Below are positions 53,175 to 64,000 of a stretch of DNA of 64,000 bases, piece after piece (the stretch's first letter is position 1; every line of letters starts with the position of its first letter). The notes below the pieces were generated by a model. The model saw only the letters and a list, made by a program, of their open reading frames with translations. It had not been told where the DNA came from and did not search any database. This DNA is from Camelus dromedarius (Eukaryota). A program made the translations under genes and the position numbers. Location: assembly GCF_036321535.1 (NCBI RefSeq), contig NC_087447.1:47680001-47744000 (forward strand). Direction: 5' to 3'.

Positions 53175-53365
53175 CTTATTAATTAGGCAATCTTGGGCAA
53201 GTTAATTTTCCTGACTGTGCTTCAGTTTCCTATCAATTAAATAGGAATAAAAAGAACATCTACCTCATAGAATTATTATGAGGATTAAATAAGTACATAT
53301 TTGTGAAGCACTTAGAACAGACTTGGCACATAGTAAATGCTAGAAAAGTATTTGTTAAATAAGTG
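53175..53365 (+). mobile_element. MIR SINE
   Basis: cttgggcaagttaatt...cttcagtttcct...tctacctcatag...gcacttagaacagacttggcacatagtaaatgct. Confidence 0.85.
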
Positions 53366-54299
53366 AAAATATTACATCCACAGTTTATAATTATGAAATT
53401 TAATCCAGTTTAAATACTTTGACTAACTGCATGAATACACAAAGCACTAACAAAAAAATACATTTTAAGTAATTCTGGTCTTAGTTGACAGAGCAAAGTC
53501 AGAATCTCCCTTCTCCTCTCAGAAATTACCTAAAAGCAACAAAGAGAAAAAAACGTAAATGCAAACACGATTTCTAATAAAACTAGGAAAGATATGAACT
53601 ATAAGTGGAAGACAGGCCAAAGGAGAAACAATTTAATTGGAGAAAGAGGGTAAATACAAGGCTTGATGCTCCAAAACTCAAAGGAGTTGGGGGGAGTATA
53701 TTTCTTCAACTGCACTTCCTTAGGTATAAAATTTAAGCCACATTCACAACAACAAAAGCAGGGGACGTGGGCTAGCGGAGGGAGCTTTGCTGTTCATAGA
53801 CTGAAGAAATAGAGGAGAAAGTATTAAGTTAGAAATCACACAAAACAAGCTACGCTGGCAGAAATTAGGCTGCTAGTGCAGCAAAAAAAAATTCATAGTG
53901 AGACAGCTTACACTATGAACGCCCTGCAGCAGCCAATCTCTGGCTGAGAAGACATAAAATAAACTCATTCACTCAATCCTGGTCATAAAGAAAATTACTG
54001 TAAATTTAGAAGACAGTAGCTACTCTGAGATACCTACTTCTGATATCCTAAAAAGTAGTACAGGAAAAAACCCTCTTCACTGAAAAATAAACCCGAAGGA
54101 AGCAAGAATAGATCAATACAAATAGAAAATTTTTAAAAGAAGGAAAAACACAACAGGAAAAACAGTAGCCAAGGGACACTCATGAGAAAAATGCTGCCAT
54201 GGAGCCGATGAATTTTTAAAACTTAAAAGCAAAACAAAACAAACCCTAATGAAGCAAATACCACTTCCCAGCAGTTACTGAATGTCAAAGTCCTAAGAG

Positions 54300-54765
54300 A
54301 ACAGCAGTGGTGAAAGTGGGCATCCTCCTGTCTTATTCCTTTAGGAGGAAAGCGTTTAGTCTTTCATCATTGAGTATAACATTATTTGTAGGGGGTTCAT
54401 ATGTGCCCTTTGTCATATTAAGGAAGTTTCCTTTAATTCCTAGTTTACTGAGTGCTTTTATCACGAAAGGGTGTTGAATTTTGTCAAATGCATTTTCCAC
54501 CTCTATTGAGATCATCATGTGATTCTTCCCTTTGTTCTATTAATATGGTGTATTTCACTTCTTGATTTTCTTATGTTGAACTTTTGCATTCCTGGAATAA
54601 ATTTCACATTGTCATAGTATATAATCCTTTGAATATGTTATTGGATTCAGTTTGCTAGTATTTTGTTGAGGATTTCTGCATCAATGTTCATAAAGGATAT
54701 TGATCTGTAGTTTCTTGTGGTATCTTTGTCTGACTTTGGTTATCAAGGTAATGAGGACTTCATAA
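54300..54765 (-). mobile_element. L1 ORF2 (RT) fragment, reverse orientation
   Basis: ORF 54333..54518 reads [18 protein letters not shown], the L1 RT motif [15 protein letters not shown]. Confidence 0.9.
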
Positions 54766-57299
54766 AATCTAATTATAACAAGCCACATTTACTTGACATA
54801 TTACTCCTCTAAGAATCCAAGAATCAAGCAAATCCTCCTCCAGAGGTTTGTAAAAGTCCTTAAATTTTTGAAAAGCACTTTTGCAATATATTCACTTTTG
54901 CAATACCTGAAACAAGATGCTTAAGGTCCCAGTAAATACTACTGCTAAGACAAAAAATGCAAAGCAATGTTTTCTGTTATTAAATAACCTTTAAACAGCT
55001 CCTGAGAACTACACAGTCATTCCCCACTGTGCACAGAACTCATTATAATACAGATGCTAGTAGCTAACAGTACAATTCCAGTCCAGCTCACTTGCCCTGC
55101 CACTTGGCATTAGTGAGAAACACTACATACTCTTTATACCTGGTACAATTAAATAACACACAAGGTATTACCATCCAACTCTGCATCTCCTAATCATAAA
55201 AGACAGTACAAACTTAACGTAAAGCAAGATAGCTAGAGTACTAAATGGTGAAATACCAAATTATACAACACACTTTCATTACATTTCAATAGAATACATT
55301 AATTTAGAAGCAATCTAGCAATGGACTGAGCCACAGAGACTCCTGTATAGAAACAATAATAATCACCCTGTTTGTAAAGCACTTCAAGTTTTTCAAAGTC
55401 TTTTCCTATCTTATCCTATCTGCCCTTCACAACAACCCTGTGAAGCAACAAGAAAAGATTATTTCCATTCTATAAATGAGGAAAGTACAAATCAGAGCAA
55501 TTAAAGGACACACATAAAATTGCTAATAAGTAGCTCTGGTTAGACAAGGAGAAGAACTGGGAAGAGAACTTAGAACCAATTTTACCTAACACTGTTTTCA
55601 CAATAAATAATGTGTTGTAAAAATTAGTGATAAAAATGAAGCCAAAGATAAAGAGAATAAGGACAATGCAACAGGGTAATTACCAACTGTACATTCTCTC
55701 CCTATTTTACTGCCTTCCCTTCCACTGTTCACAGTATACCCTTCATATAAGAAACCACCATGCCCCACAACCTACCAGGCTCTTTATTCGATGATCTCAC
55801 TATCCCAGGGAAGACCTCCAAAAGAAAGACACACTAGGGAAGTAGAAAGTGAACAGATCAGAAATCAGAAGACCTTAATTGTTCTAATCCTGGGTTTGGA
55901 TAGGTATCTTTCCCTCTTCAAGCCTCAATTTTTATATCTATAAAATTATACCTATCTTACCAGGCTGAAGATTAAAGAAATAAATGGATATAAATGCACT
56001 TTGGAAATGTGAAGAATTCAGTGTTTATTACTAGGCTACAAATATATGCTACAAAAATTCACAAAAGGTATCTTACATAATTATGTTAATAAATTCAAAT
56101 TATTTCAACTATTTACAAGTTTTACACATCATACACACAATTAGATTTTAAAATATTTGTTGGACTACTGCAGAATTAACAACAATTTTCAAATCTATTA
56201 ATTCTTAATGAAGAAAAAGCACTCTATCTTCAGAATCTAAAAAAATCTGACAAGGTATCTGGTAGAGCAGGAACCTGTGAAGTCAGTTGGTACAGAAGCA
56301 AGGCCTCAATATTCACAGGATTTTATATTCTATAAAAGCTAGTATTTGTATCCAGGAGTTTCCAGAATTACTCAGAAATAAAATCAGAGAACAGAGATCA
56401 ACTCTGGAAATCACACAGAAAACACCTTCGGTTCACAGAAAAGGTAACTGAGGCCAGAAAGAATTTTTACATAACTTTGAGATTTCCCTTACTGGACCTG
56501 GGGGAGGAAGGTGTGGAGGAGTAGGACATTAAAAACAAAATGAAGCCAGAATTTCCTCCAGTTAGGCTGTTAGGCTCTTAAGTCAGTATTTAATCTTTGA
56601 TTAATTAATTATCTATTATTATTATCTATTATTAATCTATGATTTAATCTTTAATCATAACGACAGAAAACAGCTATAGGAAATTACAGAATCTCCACAG
56701 AATTATAAAATTGGTGGCCAGAATACTACAATTCTAATCATAACATCGTATAATAATTTAACATTTTGACAGAGATGAGGGAAGAATCATATTCTGCAGG
56801 TATTACATGTATTTATTTACAAATAAATATTGTGGAAAATTCAAAATCTATCACTGAATATCCAAGACTTTGAACTGCTTAGAGCCTAATGCACATCTGT
56901 ATTATCATTTATTGGAAAATCTGCATTCTGAAAGTTGCTTTGTAGTATTTCCCTAAAATTAAAACCTTTGTATTTGAATACATGCCTGATTTAAGTTTGA
57001 GAAGCTCACTTTGGGAAATATTTGCTTTACAAATGTTATATAAAGCTGATAGAGCAAAAATGGAAATGAGAGTGAAGCTTACTCATCTGTTATCTCCAGA
57101 TGCTGCTTTCAAAAATAAGAAAAGAAAGCAACATACATTTAACAGTGATCATCTCTGGGTGACTGGACTGTATGATGATTTTAATTCTCTATTAACATTT
57201 TTAACATAACAGTACAATTAAAAATATAAACAAAAATCCATGTGGTTACCACGAATGTAAAACTTACATCTTATTTGCTTCAGACATACTTTAGAGAAA

Positions 57300-58010
57300 T
57301 ATAACACCACAGGTAACACTAAAATCCACCTGTTCTGCTTACTCTCCCTTCTTCCCTCTCAGAGGCAGCCAATACCATGTCCTTCCTACTCACGTTTTCA
57401 TACTTTAAACGTATGGGTATCTCTCAATAGTTCATAGTATTTTGTCATTTTGCAATTTGGCTTTTCCAGGGAACATTAAGACTGAGATCTACCCAAGAGA
57501 TAGATTTCTTTCCTTCTAACTGTTACATTGTATTTCATCATATATGTATAGCACTCTTCATATATCCATCTATCCCCCTTATCAAAGCACTTAAAGTTGT
57601 TACCAGCTTTTTGCTACCAAATAACAATAATCTATTTAATCTTTTTATGTAAAACTATTTACATAGACTAAAATGTGAAATTTTATATATACAATCTGTG
57701 AGTTCTGACAAACATATATACCTGTGCAATCCAAATGCCCATCAAGATATACACAGAATGACAGCATCATCCCAGAAAGTTCCTTCATACCCCTTCCTAG
57801 TCAATTTCCTCCCTTAACTTGCAGAGAAAATCACTGTACTGATTTATTTTCTACTGTAAATTAATTTTGCCTGTTAAAGACTTAATATAAATGGAATCAT
57901 ACAGTACATACTCTTTTGTATCTGATTTCTTCTATTGAGCATGTTTCCTTCATCCACATTGTTGTGTATATCCATAATTCACTCTTTTTATTACTGAGTA
58001 GTATATATGG
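57300..58010 (-). mobile_element. Old L1ME-type 3' fragments, reverse orientation
   Basis: catcatcccagaaagttccttcat...atataaatggaatcatacagtacatactcttttg. Confidence 0.7.
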
Positions 58011-58547
58011 AGGTTCTTTTCTTTAGGGGTGTTTATCTCTTTATTACTGATCCCTATCTTCACTGCATTGGGATCAAACAATATGATGATAATATTATAA
58101 TAATGATAATGTTAAACATTTACTGAGCCCTTACCATATGCAAGGGATTGCTCTAAACTCTAATCCTCACAACTCTGAGGTGCATACTATTATCACTACC
58201 ATTTTACAGATGAGAAAACTAAATCTGTAAAGGTTGATAACTCATCTAGGTCATACAGCTATGGCAGTACCAGAATTAGGTCCCTGAGCCCACTCTTAGC
58301 CATGTACTACACAAAATGTATGGTATATTTTTCATGGCATTTGTTAAGACTTCCTTTATGAACTAATAATTATGTAATCAATTTTTGTGTTTGAAAAGAA
58401 TTCTCTATATTAGATATACAATCTATATGTATGTAACTAAGCTTATTAATTATGGAATTTAAACTTTCTATTTGTTTTTTTAATTTGCTTGATGTTAAAA
58501 TCTCTCACCACGATTACAAATTTGTCAATTTCTCCTTACAATTTTAT

Positions 58548-58881
58548 TTTATTTTATTTTTAATTGAAGTATAGTCAGTTTACAATGTGTCAATTTCTGG
58601 TGTATAGCATAATGTTACAGTCATACATATACATACATATATTCATTTTCATATTATTTTTCATTATAGGTTACTAACGTATTGAATATAGCTCCCTGTG
58701 CTATACAGAAGAAATTTGTTTCTTATCTATTTTATACATAGTAGTTAGTATTTGCAAATCTCAAGCTCCCAATTTTTCCCTTCCCACCCCCTTTCCCCTT
58801 GGTAACTATAAGTTGTTTATTATGTCTGTGAGTCTGTTCCTGTTTTGTAGATAAGTTAATTAGTGTTTTCTTCTTTTTTTT
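58548..58881 (-). mobile_element. Young lineage-type L1 3'UTR insertion with a perfect 21-bp flanking duplication
   Basis: aatttctccttacaattttat at 58527-58547 and 58882-58902. T-rich tail on the left; tatgtctgtgagtctgttcct internal motif. Confidence 0.92.
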
Positions 58882-59272
58882 AATTTCTCCTTACAATTTT
58901 ATAATTTGTGCTTTTTTAATGTTATTATGTGAATAAATCTTCATGCTTACTGGTTCTTCCAGATAGATTAGTCCATCTATCTTTAAGTATCTTTATCCTT
59001 ATTAATAATTAGACTTCAATTCTACTTTATCTAATAATGGAGTATCATTTCTCTTTTTTAAAGTATTTTTATGGCTCCATTTTCAACTTTTGGCACCATT
59101 AGGTTTTTTTACATATGTCCTATGAGTATGTACCAACCTAGATTTTTAATTTTTAGGATTTAAAAAAGGCAACTTCAAAAAACAAACAATAAACTAGGGG
59201 AAAGTATTTGCAATAAACAAAACAAATAGCCTAAAAAAAAAACCTACAAAACTCCTAATTAGGCTAAGGACA

Positions 59273-59642
59273 TAGGATGTGTGAATATTTATATCCTCCC
59301 AAAATTCATATGTTGGAATCTAATGCCTAATGCCCGATGTGATGGCATTAGTCAGTGGGCCTTAGGGAGATGCTTAGGTCATGCAGGCAGACCCCTCATG
59401 AATGGAATTAATGCCCATATAAAAGAGGATCCAAAGAGATCCCTAGCCCCTTAGCCTTGTAAGGACACAGCAAGAAGACATTAGCTATGAAACAGGAAAA
59501 GGGCCCTCACCAGAGAATGAGACCATGCTGGTGCCTTCATCTTGAACTTCCCAGCATCTGGGATTGTAAGCAATAAATTTTTGTTTTTTATGGCTACCCA
59601 ATCTGTGGTATTTTGTTACAGCGGCCCAAATGGAGGAAGACA
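59273..59642 (+). mobile_element. MaLR solo LTR (MLT1A-like) with 5-bp TSD
   Basis: cccaaaattcatatgttggaatc...ctgtggtattttgttacagcggcccaaatgg...aagaca. TSD ggaca at 59268-59272 and 59643-59647. Confidence 0.88.
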
Positions 59643-59894
59643 GGACAGACGATTAACAAAAAATGTAAAATAATGTAAAATAGTCAAATATGATGAAAAA
59701 CCTGAGCTTGCTAATAACCAAAGAAATCCAGATTCAAACAATAAGACCATTTTGCCTATTAGAATGACTAGTATTAGAACAACATTAGAATAGTGAGAAT
59801 ATATGCTGTTCTCGTGTCTGGAAATAAGTATATCTACACAGACAGGGGTGGGGGAATGGGGAGGCAATATGGTAACAAGTATAAACAACCATTT

Positions 59895-60051
59895 TTTTTT
59901 GTTTGTTTGTTTTGGGGTTTTCTTGGTGGGGAGAGAAGATAATTAGTTTTGCTTGTTTATTTATTTATTTTAATGGAGGTATTGGGGATTGAACCCAGGA
60001 TCTCATGCATGCTAAGCATGTGCTCTACCACTGAGCTATACCCTCCAACCC
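59895..60051 (-). mobile_element. tRNA-Ala-derived SINE, camelid Vic-1-like
   Basis: Minus strand gggtatagctcagtggtagagcacatgcttagcatgcatgagatcctgggttcaatcccc. A box at 60028-60038, B box at 59985-59995, AGC anticodon loop, A-rich tail, and TSD acaaccattt at 59885-59894 and 60052-60061. Confidence 0.88.
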
Positions 60052-60748
60052 ACAACCATTTAAACAGTATATGTTTTACCCATCAATTCTGCAAATTTAT
60101 TATAAAAAGACAGTTACATAAATATACAAGGATGTGAATAAGGACACCAACCACTATGTTACACTGAAAATTAGCTACTATAGTGTAGTATAAGGTCTTT
60201 ATGTAAACAATGGAAAATAAACGAGTTTAACAATTTAAAAATCTACATTTTAAAATTTCTTAAATATTGATTTGGCCAACAATGTATCATTTGATAACAG
60301 TATTTCTTCAGTATCTACGTACCAGTCTGTGATATATACAAATATAAAAGATTTAGTCTTGCTCTCAAAAGGCTGGAGGGAAAACATACTGGAAAAATCA
60401 AAAAAACAAAAAATAAAAACACAGATTAATATACAATGTGACAAGGGCCTAACAGTGACAAGTACAGGATGTTACGAGAGCACACAGGCTCCCCAAGCAA
60501 GCTAATCTGGCACTTCCTCAAGTCAATTTTGTTGTTGTTGTTCAATGTCTGTTTAGAAAAGAGGCAGAATACTGCTGAAAAGAGGAAGGGCAGAGAGCAT
60601 AACGGCCATCAGTTGGAGAGCTCAGCATTCTTCCCTATGCCAGCAATTTAGATCTAGCACCAAACTTCCATATCTTAGGAAGTAAAACTTAGTCCTAGAC
60701 TTAAATTTACTCAATCTTCTTAAAAGGCAATTAAGTATATATCTCTTG

Positions 60749-60751
<3 letters not shown>

Positions 60752-60842
<91 letters not shown>
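60752..60842. repeat. Compound microsatellite (TC)25(CA)21
   Basis: Read directly from the sequence; uninterrupted. Confidence 0.97.
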
Positions 60843-60844
<2 letters not shown>

Positions 60845-61522
60845 TATCTAATTCTGCTTATTTCCCTCATATTTATCCCAGAAAGGAGTTCTGGTAAATG
60901 CAATCTTCTCCCTCATCTCATATTTCAAGAACTTTCTGTTATGTCCCCCTTAGCTAGACAGTCCATTATTTCAACATTGTATAAAGGAAAGACACCTAAA
61001 AAGTAATGAGTAGAGGAGTACAGAAAAGGCTTCCCAGATTAAAGCATTCTAAACATATAACTTTAATAAAATATTTTAAAAATTAAAATTATGATTTGGA
61101 CAAATTAATGAATCTCTTTAGGTTTAGGTTCCCCAACCTATACGAAGTGAATAATAATACCTACCTCCTCAGCTGCTGAGATTTAACTGAAATAATAGAT
61201 GTTTAAGCATTTTATAAATAGAAAAGCAACTGTAAAGTTTAAAACAATAAAGTCTTAACAGAGTATTAATAATTTTTAAGGGCCAAAAAAAAGTCTATAT
61301 CCTTAGATACTCGGTGTGTGTATACAAAAATACTGCAGCATTACCTAAAATTTTGCAAGTGGTCACATATCTAATGATGAATTAGTTAAGTACTAGGTAA
61401 ATAAGTAAAAAACACCACTGTAAACAATAGTTATTATAACAGTGGTCCTCAAACTTTAATATACATGAGAATCACCTAAAAGGGCTTGCTGGGTCCAACT
61501 CTCAGAGTCTGTAAAGTAGGTT

Positions 61523-62019
61523 TGAAATGCCAACTAAAAATTGTCACTTGCCATCTGCTTCCATAAGGATTAGGTCACTCACCAGGGCAGTTGCTGACCT
61601 TCAACACACCCTGAAAGGAGTTCAGGGCAGAGATCAGGAATGAGGCACTCTGTGCTCTGGGAAAAACTGGCAGAACAGGCCTTCAGATAGTTAGATATTT
61701 TCAGGAGATGATTTAATGAGCCCAATTTCTTGTATCTTCGCATGTCTAGAAAAGCACTAAAATCATTAATGGAGACATCTGCTCTTTTTGAGTAGCAGCA
61801 ACCTTCTGGTAACTGGCAGTAACCTTCTGTCAAAGCACGTGCTTGACTGCACATATCTCCCTTCACCGAAATCTCATATATACTGACCTCCTCCATGACC
61901 TTTTCACAGCAGTTCCTCAGAACTCTCTGAGAGGCTGTCTCCTGGGCTATAGTCCTCAATTTGCCTCAAATAAAACTTAACTCACAATTCTCACTTTGTG
62001 TATTTTTTTTCAGTCAACA
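61523..62019 (+). mobile_element. ERV1 solo LTR, MER41-like, nested in a MER5A-type MITE (~61440-62060)
   Basis: U5-like end ctctctgagaggctgtctcctgggctatagtcctca...caaataaaactt...cagtcaaca. MER5A halves cagtggtcctcaaactt...gagaatcacct and tgcacatctaacaagttccca lie on either side. Left boundary approximate. Confidence 0.7.
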
Positions 62020-62479
62020 GGGATAAAGCCAGAGAAACTGCACATCTAACAAGTTCCCAATTGGAATCAGAGAATTATAATTATAAAACTACTCATCCTT
62101 CCTGGAATGTCCCACCAAAAACAAAAACAAAAAAAATTAAATCAATTTATATATATAGTTTTTAAAGTTACATACACATAAAAGAAGGAAAAGAACACTT
62201 AAAAACAAATCAGACCACCACATTCTTACTCTTCCAACAAGGTTGTGTTAAAAATAAAAATAAATTTGAAAGACTACCCATTATTTCACTGATTTTCAAC
62301 CTACAAATAATCTACTCAGTTATTCAGGGTTGATTATCCAATTGACAATTTCCTACAGCTTAGAAATCCACCTCTCATACAGTATCTCTTAGCATTATTT
62401 CCTGGAATGCTGAAGGTCACTTCCTGGAAGGCCTAAGATCTGAAATGCATTATTAAACAACTGTGTTAACTCCTAGGAC

Positions 62480-62640
62480 AGCAGTTCTCATCCTTACTTA
62501 CAAATATGAATCACCTGCAATGCTTTCAAAAATATGTATGTCCAGATCTCTCCCCCAAATCAACCAACTCTGAATCTTAAGAGCAGGGCCAAGCATCTGT
62601 AATGTTAAGTGTACAGGTGACACTTATGCAATGCACTGTT
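62480..62640. mobile_element. MER5-type hAT MITE
   Basis: cagcagttctca...tgaatcacctg...ctctgaatctt...caggtga. Confidence 0.55.
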
Positions 62641-64000
62641 AGCATCGAAATCTGAATAGGCTACGTTTAATTCTAGGAATACAATATATTGCAAAGACGA
62701 CAAGGTCATCACACTGTGATGGGAATATTCAGGAATTTGGAAAACCTCTACGATCTTCCTCAACACATAACCATTCCTTCCCTAATACCTCATTCCACTT
62801 CCCAAAGCCACAGGAGTTGGGGAGCATCACCCCTCAAATTGATTAAACGCAGTCTAAAATAGAGCTTTTTCTCTAGTTACATGTGTTGACCAACTGACTT
62901 ATTTCAATTGGACATCTTTAAACTTCTTTGCCTTTCAGCTCTTGGTGTACTATAAATAATGAGAAAAAATGTTGTCAAAATGAGTTACCTGAAAAGAGAT
63001 CGTTTTAATCACAAAAAAATTAAAATCCAAGTTGATCATGAATAGGCCCTAAGATGAAAAGAGTTACAAGAAACCTTCCAATGGTTTTATAACATCCTTT
63101 AAGTAGTATTAGGTCAACTTAGTACAAATTGAATGATGATAGAAGATTATTATGTCCTCTCATTTTTCAAAAGTGTTGATCCCACAACACACACACACAC
63201 ACAAAAATACCTAGAAAAGAGAGGGTTAAAAAAACGCCACCTAAAAATGCATTTTCAAGTAAAAAAAATCACTTCCCTTAAGATTTATAAATATTAATCA
63301 GGTTGACAAAATCATTTTGTCAGGAGGCCCATAATCAAGTTCACCTTTGAGAAGTACAACTTTAAATGTTTTCATCTATGATATATCATGTTTAAGATCT
63401 AATTTAAAATGCCAAGTTTTCTTTGCCAGGAAAAGACTAGGAGACATTCATTAGTCAGATAATCTTTTATTAAAGTAGAACACATACTCTTTTGAGATCA
63501 TGGCAGAGAACACATATCAAACATTTTAATCAAATGAAAATTTCTGCTATTTCTATAGAATGCAAATAAAAGCTAACACAATTTATTACTATATTATTTG
63601 TCTTTAAACATCATTACTGCAAAATTCATCTTATTCCTCATCTTGAATTACACTGTATATTTAAAAGATAGTACATTATAAATCTTTCACAGCCTTCTAC
63701 CTGGCACAGCTACTCACATAAAATTAAACACTGCAGTCTTTTTCCTTGCTTTCTTCTTCCTGTTTAAAACAATACTAGTGTATAACATATAGGAGGTTTG
63801 AAGTCTTAATTTTAATACATGTGAACTAATGTATCAAGACTAGACTTAAATCAATGTCAAAAGACACTACATTAACAAAATAGGCCATTGTCAAAGCCAT
63901 TTTTAAAATTTTAACAAAGTTTTACAATTAGTTACTATTATTCATGTATATTTTTATAAACTAATGAAACTTTGAAAATCTGAATATTTTACTGAAAGTA

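Larger units (their letters stand above)
1..64000 (-). other. FCHSD2: Window lies within the FCHSD2 transcription unit; introns 46920-64000+, 15223-46873 (~31.7 kb), 4888-15145 (~10.3 kb) and 1-4742
   Basis: Three colinear, phase-compatible internal exons. The upstream exon and downstream exons were not found in the window. Confidence 0.9.

Noticed and set aside
59975..60047. tRNA-Ala(AGC) gene
   Set aside because: It has an A-rich tail, a TSD and a poorly pairing acceptor stem, so it is a SINE.
61579..61959. 126-aa minus-strand ORF
   Set aside because: It lies wholly within the antisense strand of a solo LTR and has no recognisable domain.
46920..64000. Upstream FCHSD2 exon or promoter/CpG island
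   Set aside because: No sequence encoding the preceding F-BAR residues and no CpG island was seen; they presumably lie beyond the window.
1..64000. CRISPR array, operon or prokaryotic defence-type system
   Set aside because: This is mammalian intronic DNA. The direct repeats present are TSDs, slippage duplications or microsatellites, not repeat-spacer arrays.

Overview
This is AT-rich, CpG-poor mammalian genomic DNA. It is most likely camelid, because it carries a Vic-1-like tRNA-Ala-derived SINE and I saw no Alu, B1, BovB, Bov-tA, PRE1 or Can-SINE. The whole window lies inside the FCHSD2 gene (F-BAR and double SH3 domains protein 2) on the minus strand. Three small internal coding exons are present: 46919-46874 (46 nt), 15222-15146 (77 nt) and 4887-4743 (145 nt). 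All have GT-AG boundaries and compatible phases, and they splice into continuous F-BAR sequence RTFSQKKAAIEREYAQ|GIQKLASQYLKRDWPGIKADDRNDYR|SMYPVWKSFLEGTMQVAQSRINICENYKNFISEPARTVRSLKEQQLKR. The remaining >99% is intron filled with decayed L1, L2, MIR, MaLR/ERV solo LTRs, a Tigger remnant, MER5-type MITEs and simple repeats. Nearly all ORFs in the track are repeat-derived or low-complexity. I found no convincing previously undescribed biological system. The most noteworthy observations are retrotransposition footprints (a twin-primed 5'-inverted L1, TSD-flanked solo poly(A) insertions), a 403-nt near-pure purine tract with a G4 core, a MER41-like LTR with GAS-like motifs, a candidate lymphoid enhancer and two candidate recursive-splicing AG|GT sites. 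Repeat subfamily names come from recall and repeat boundaries are approximate unless a TSD is quoted.
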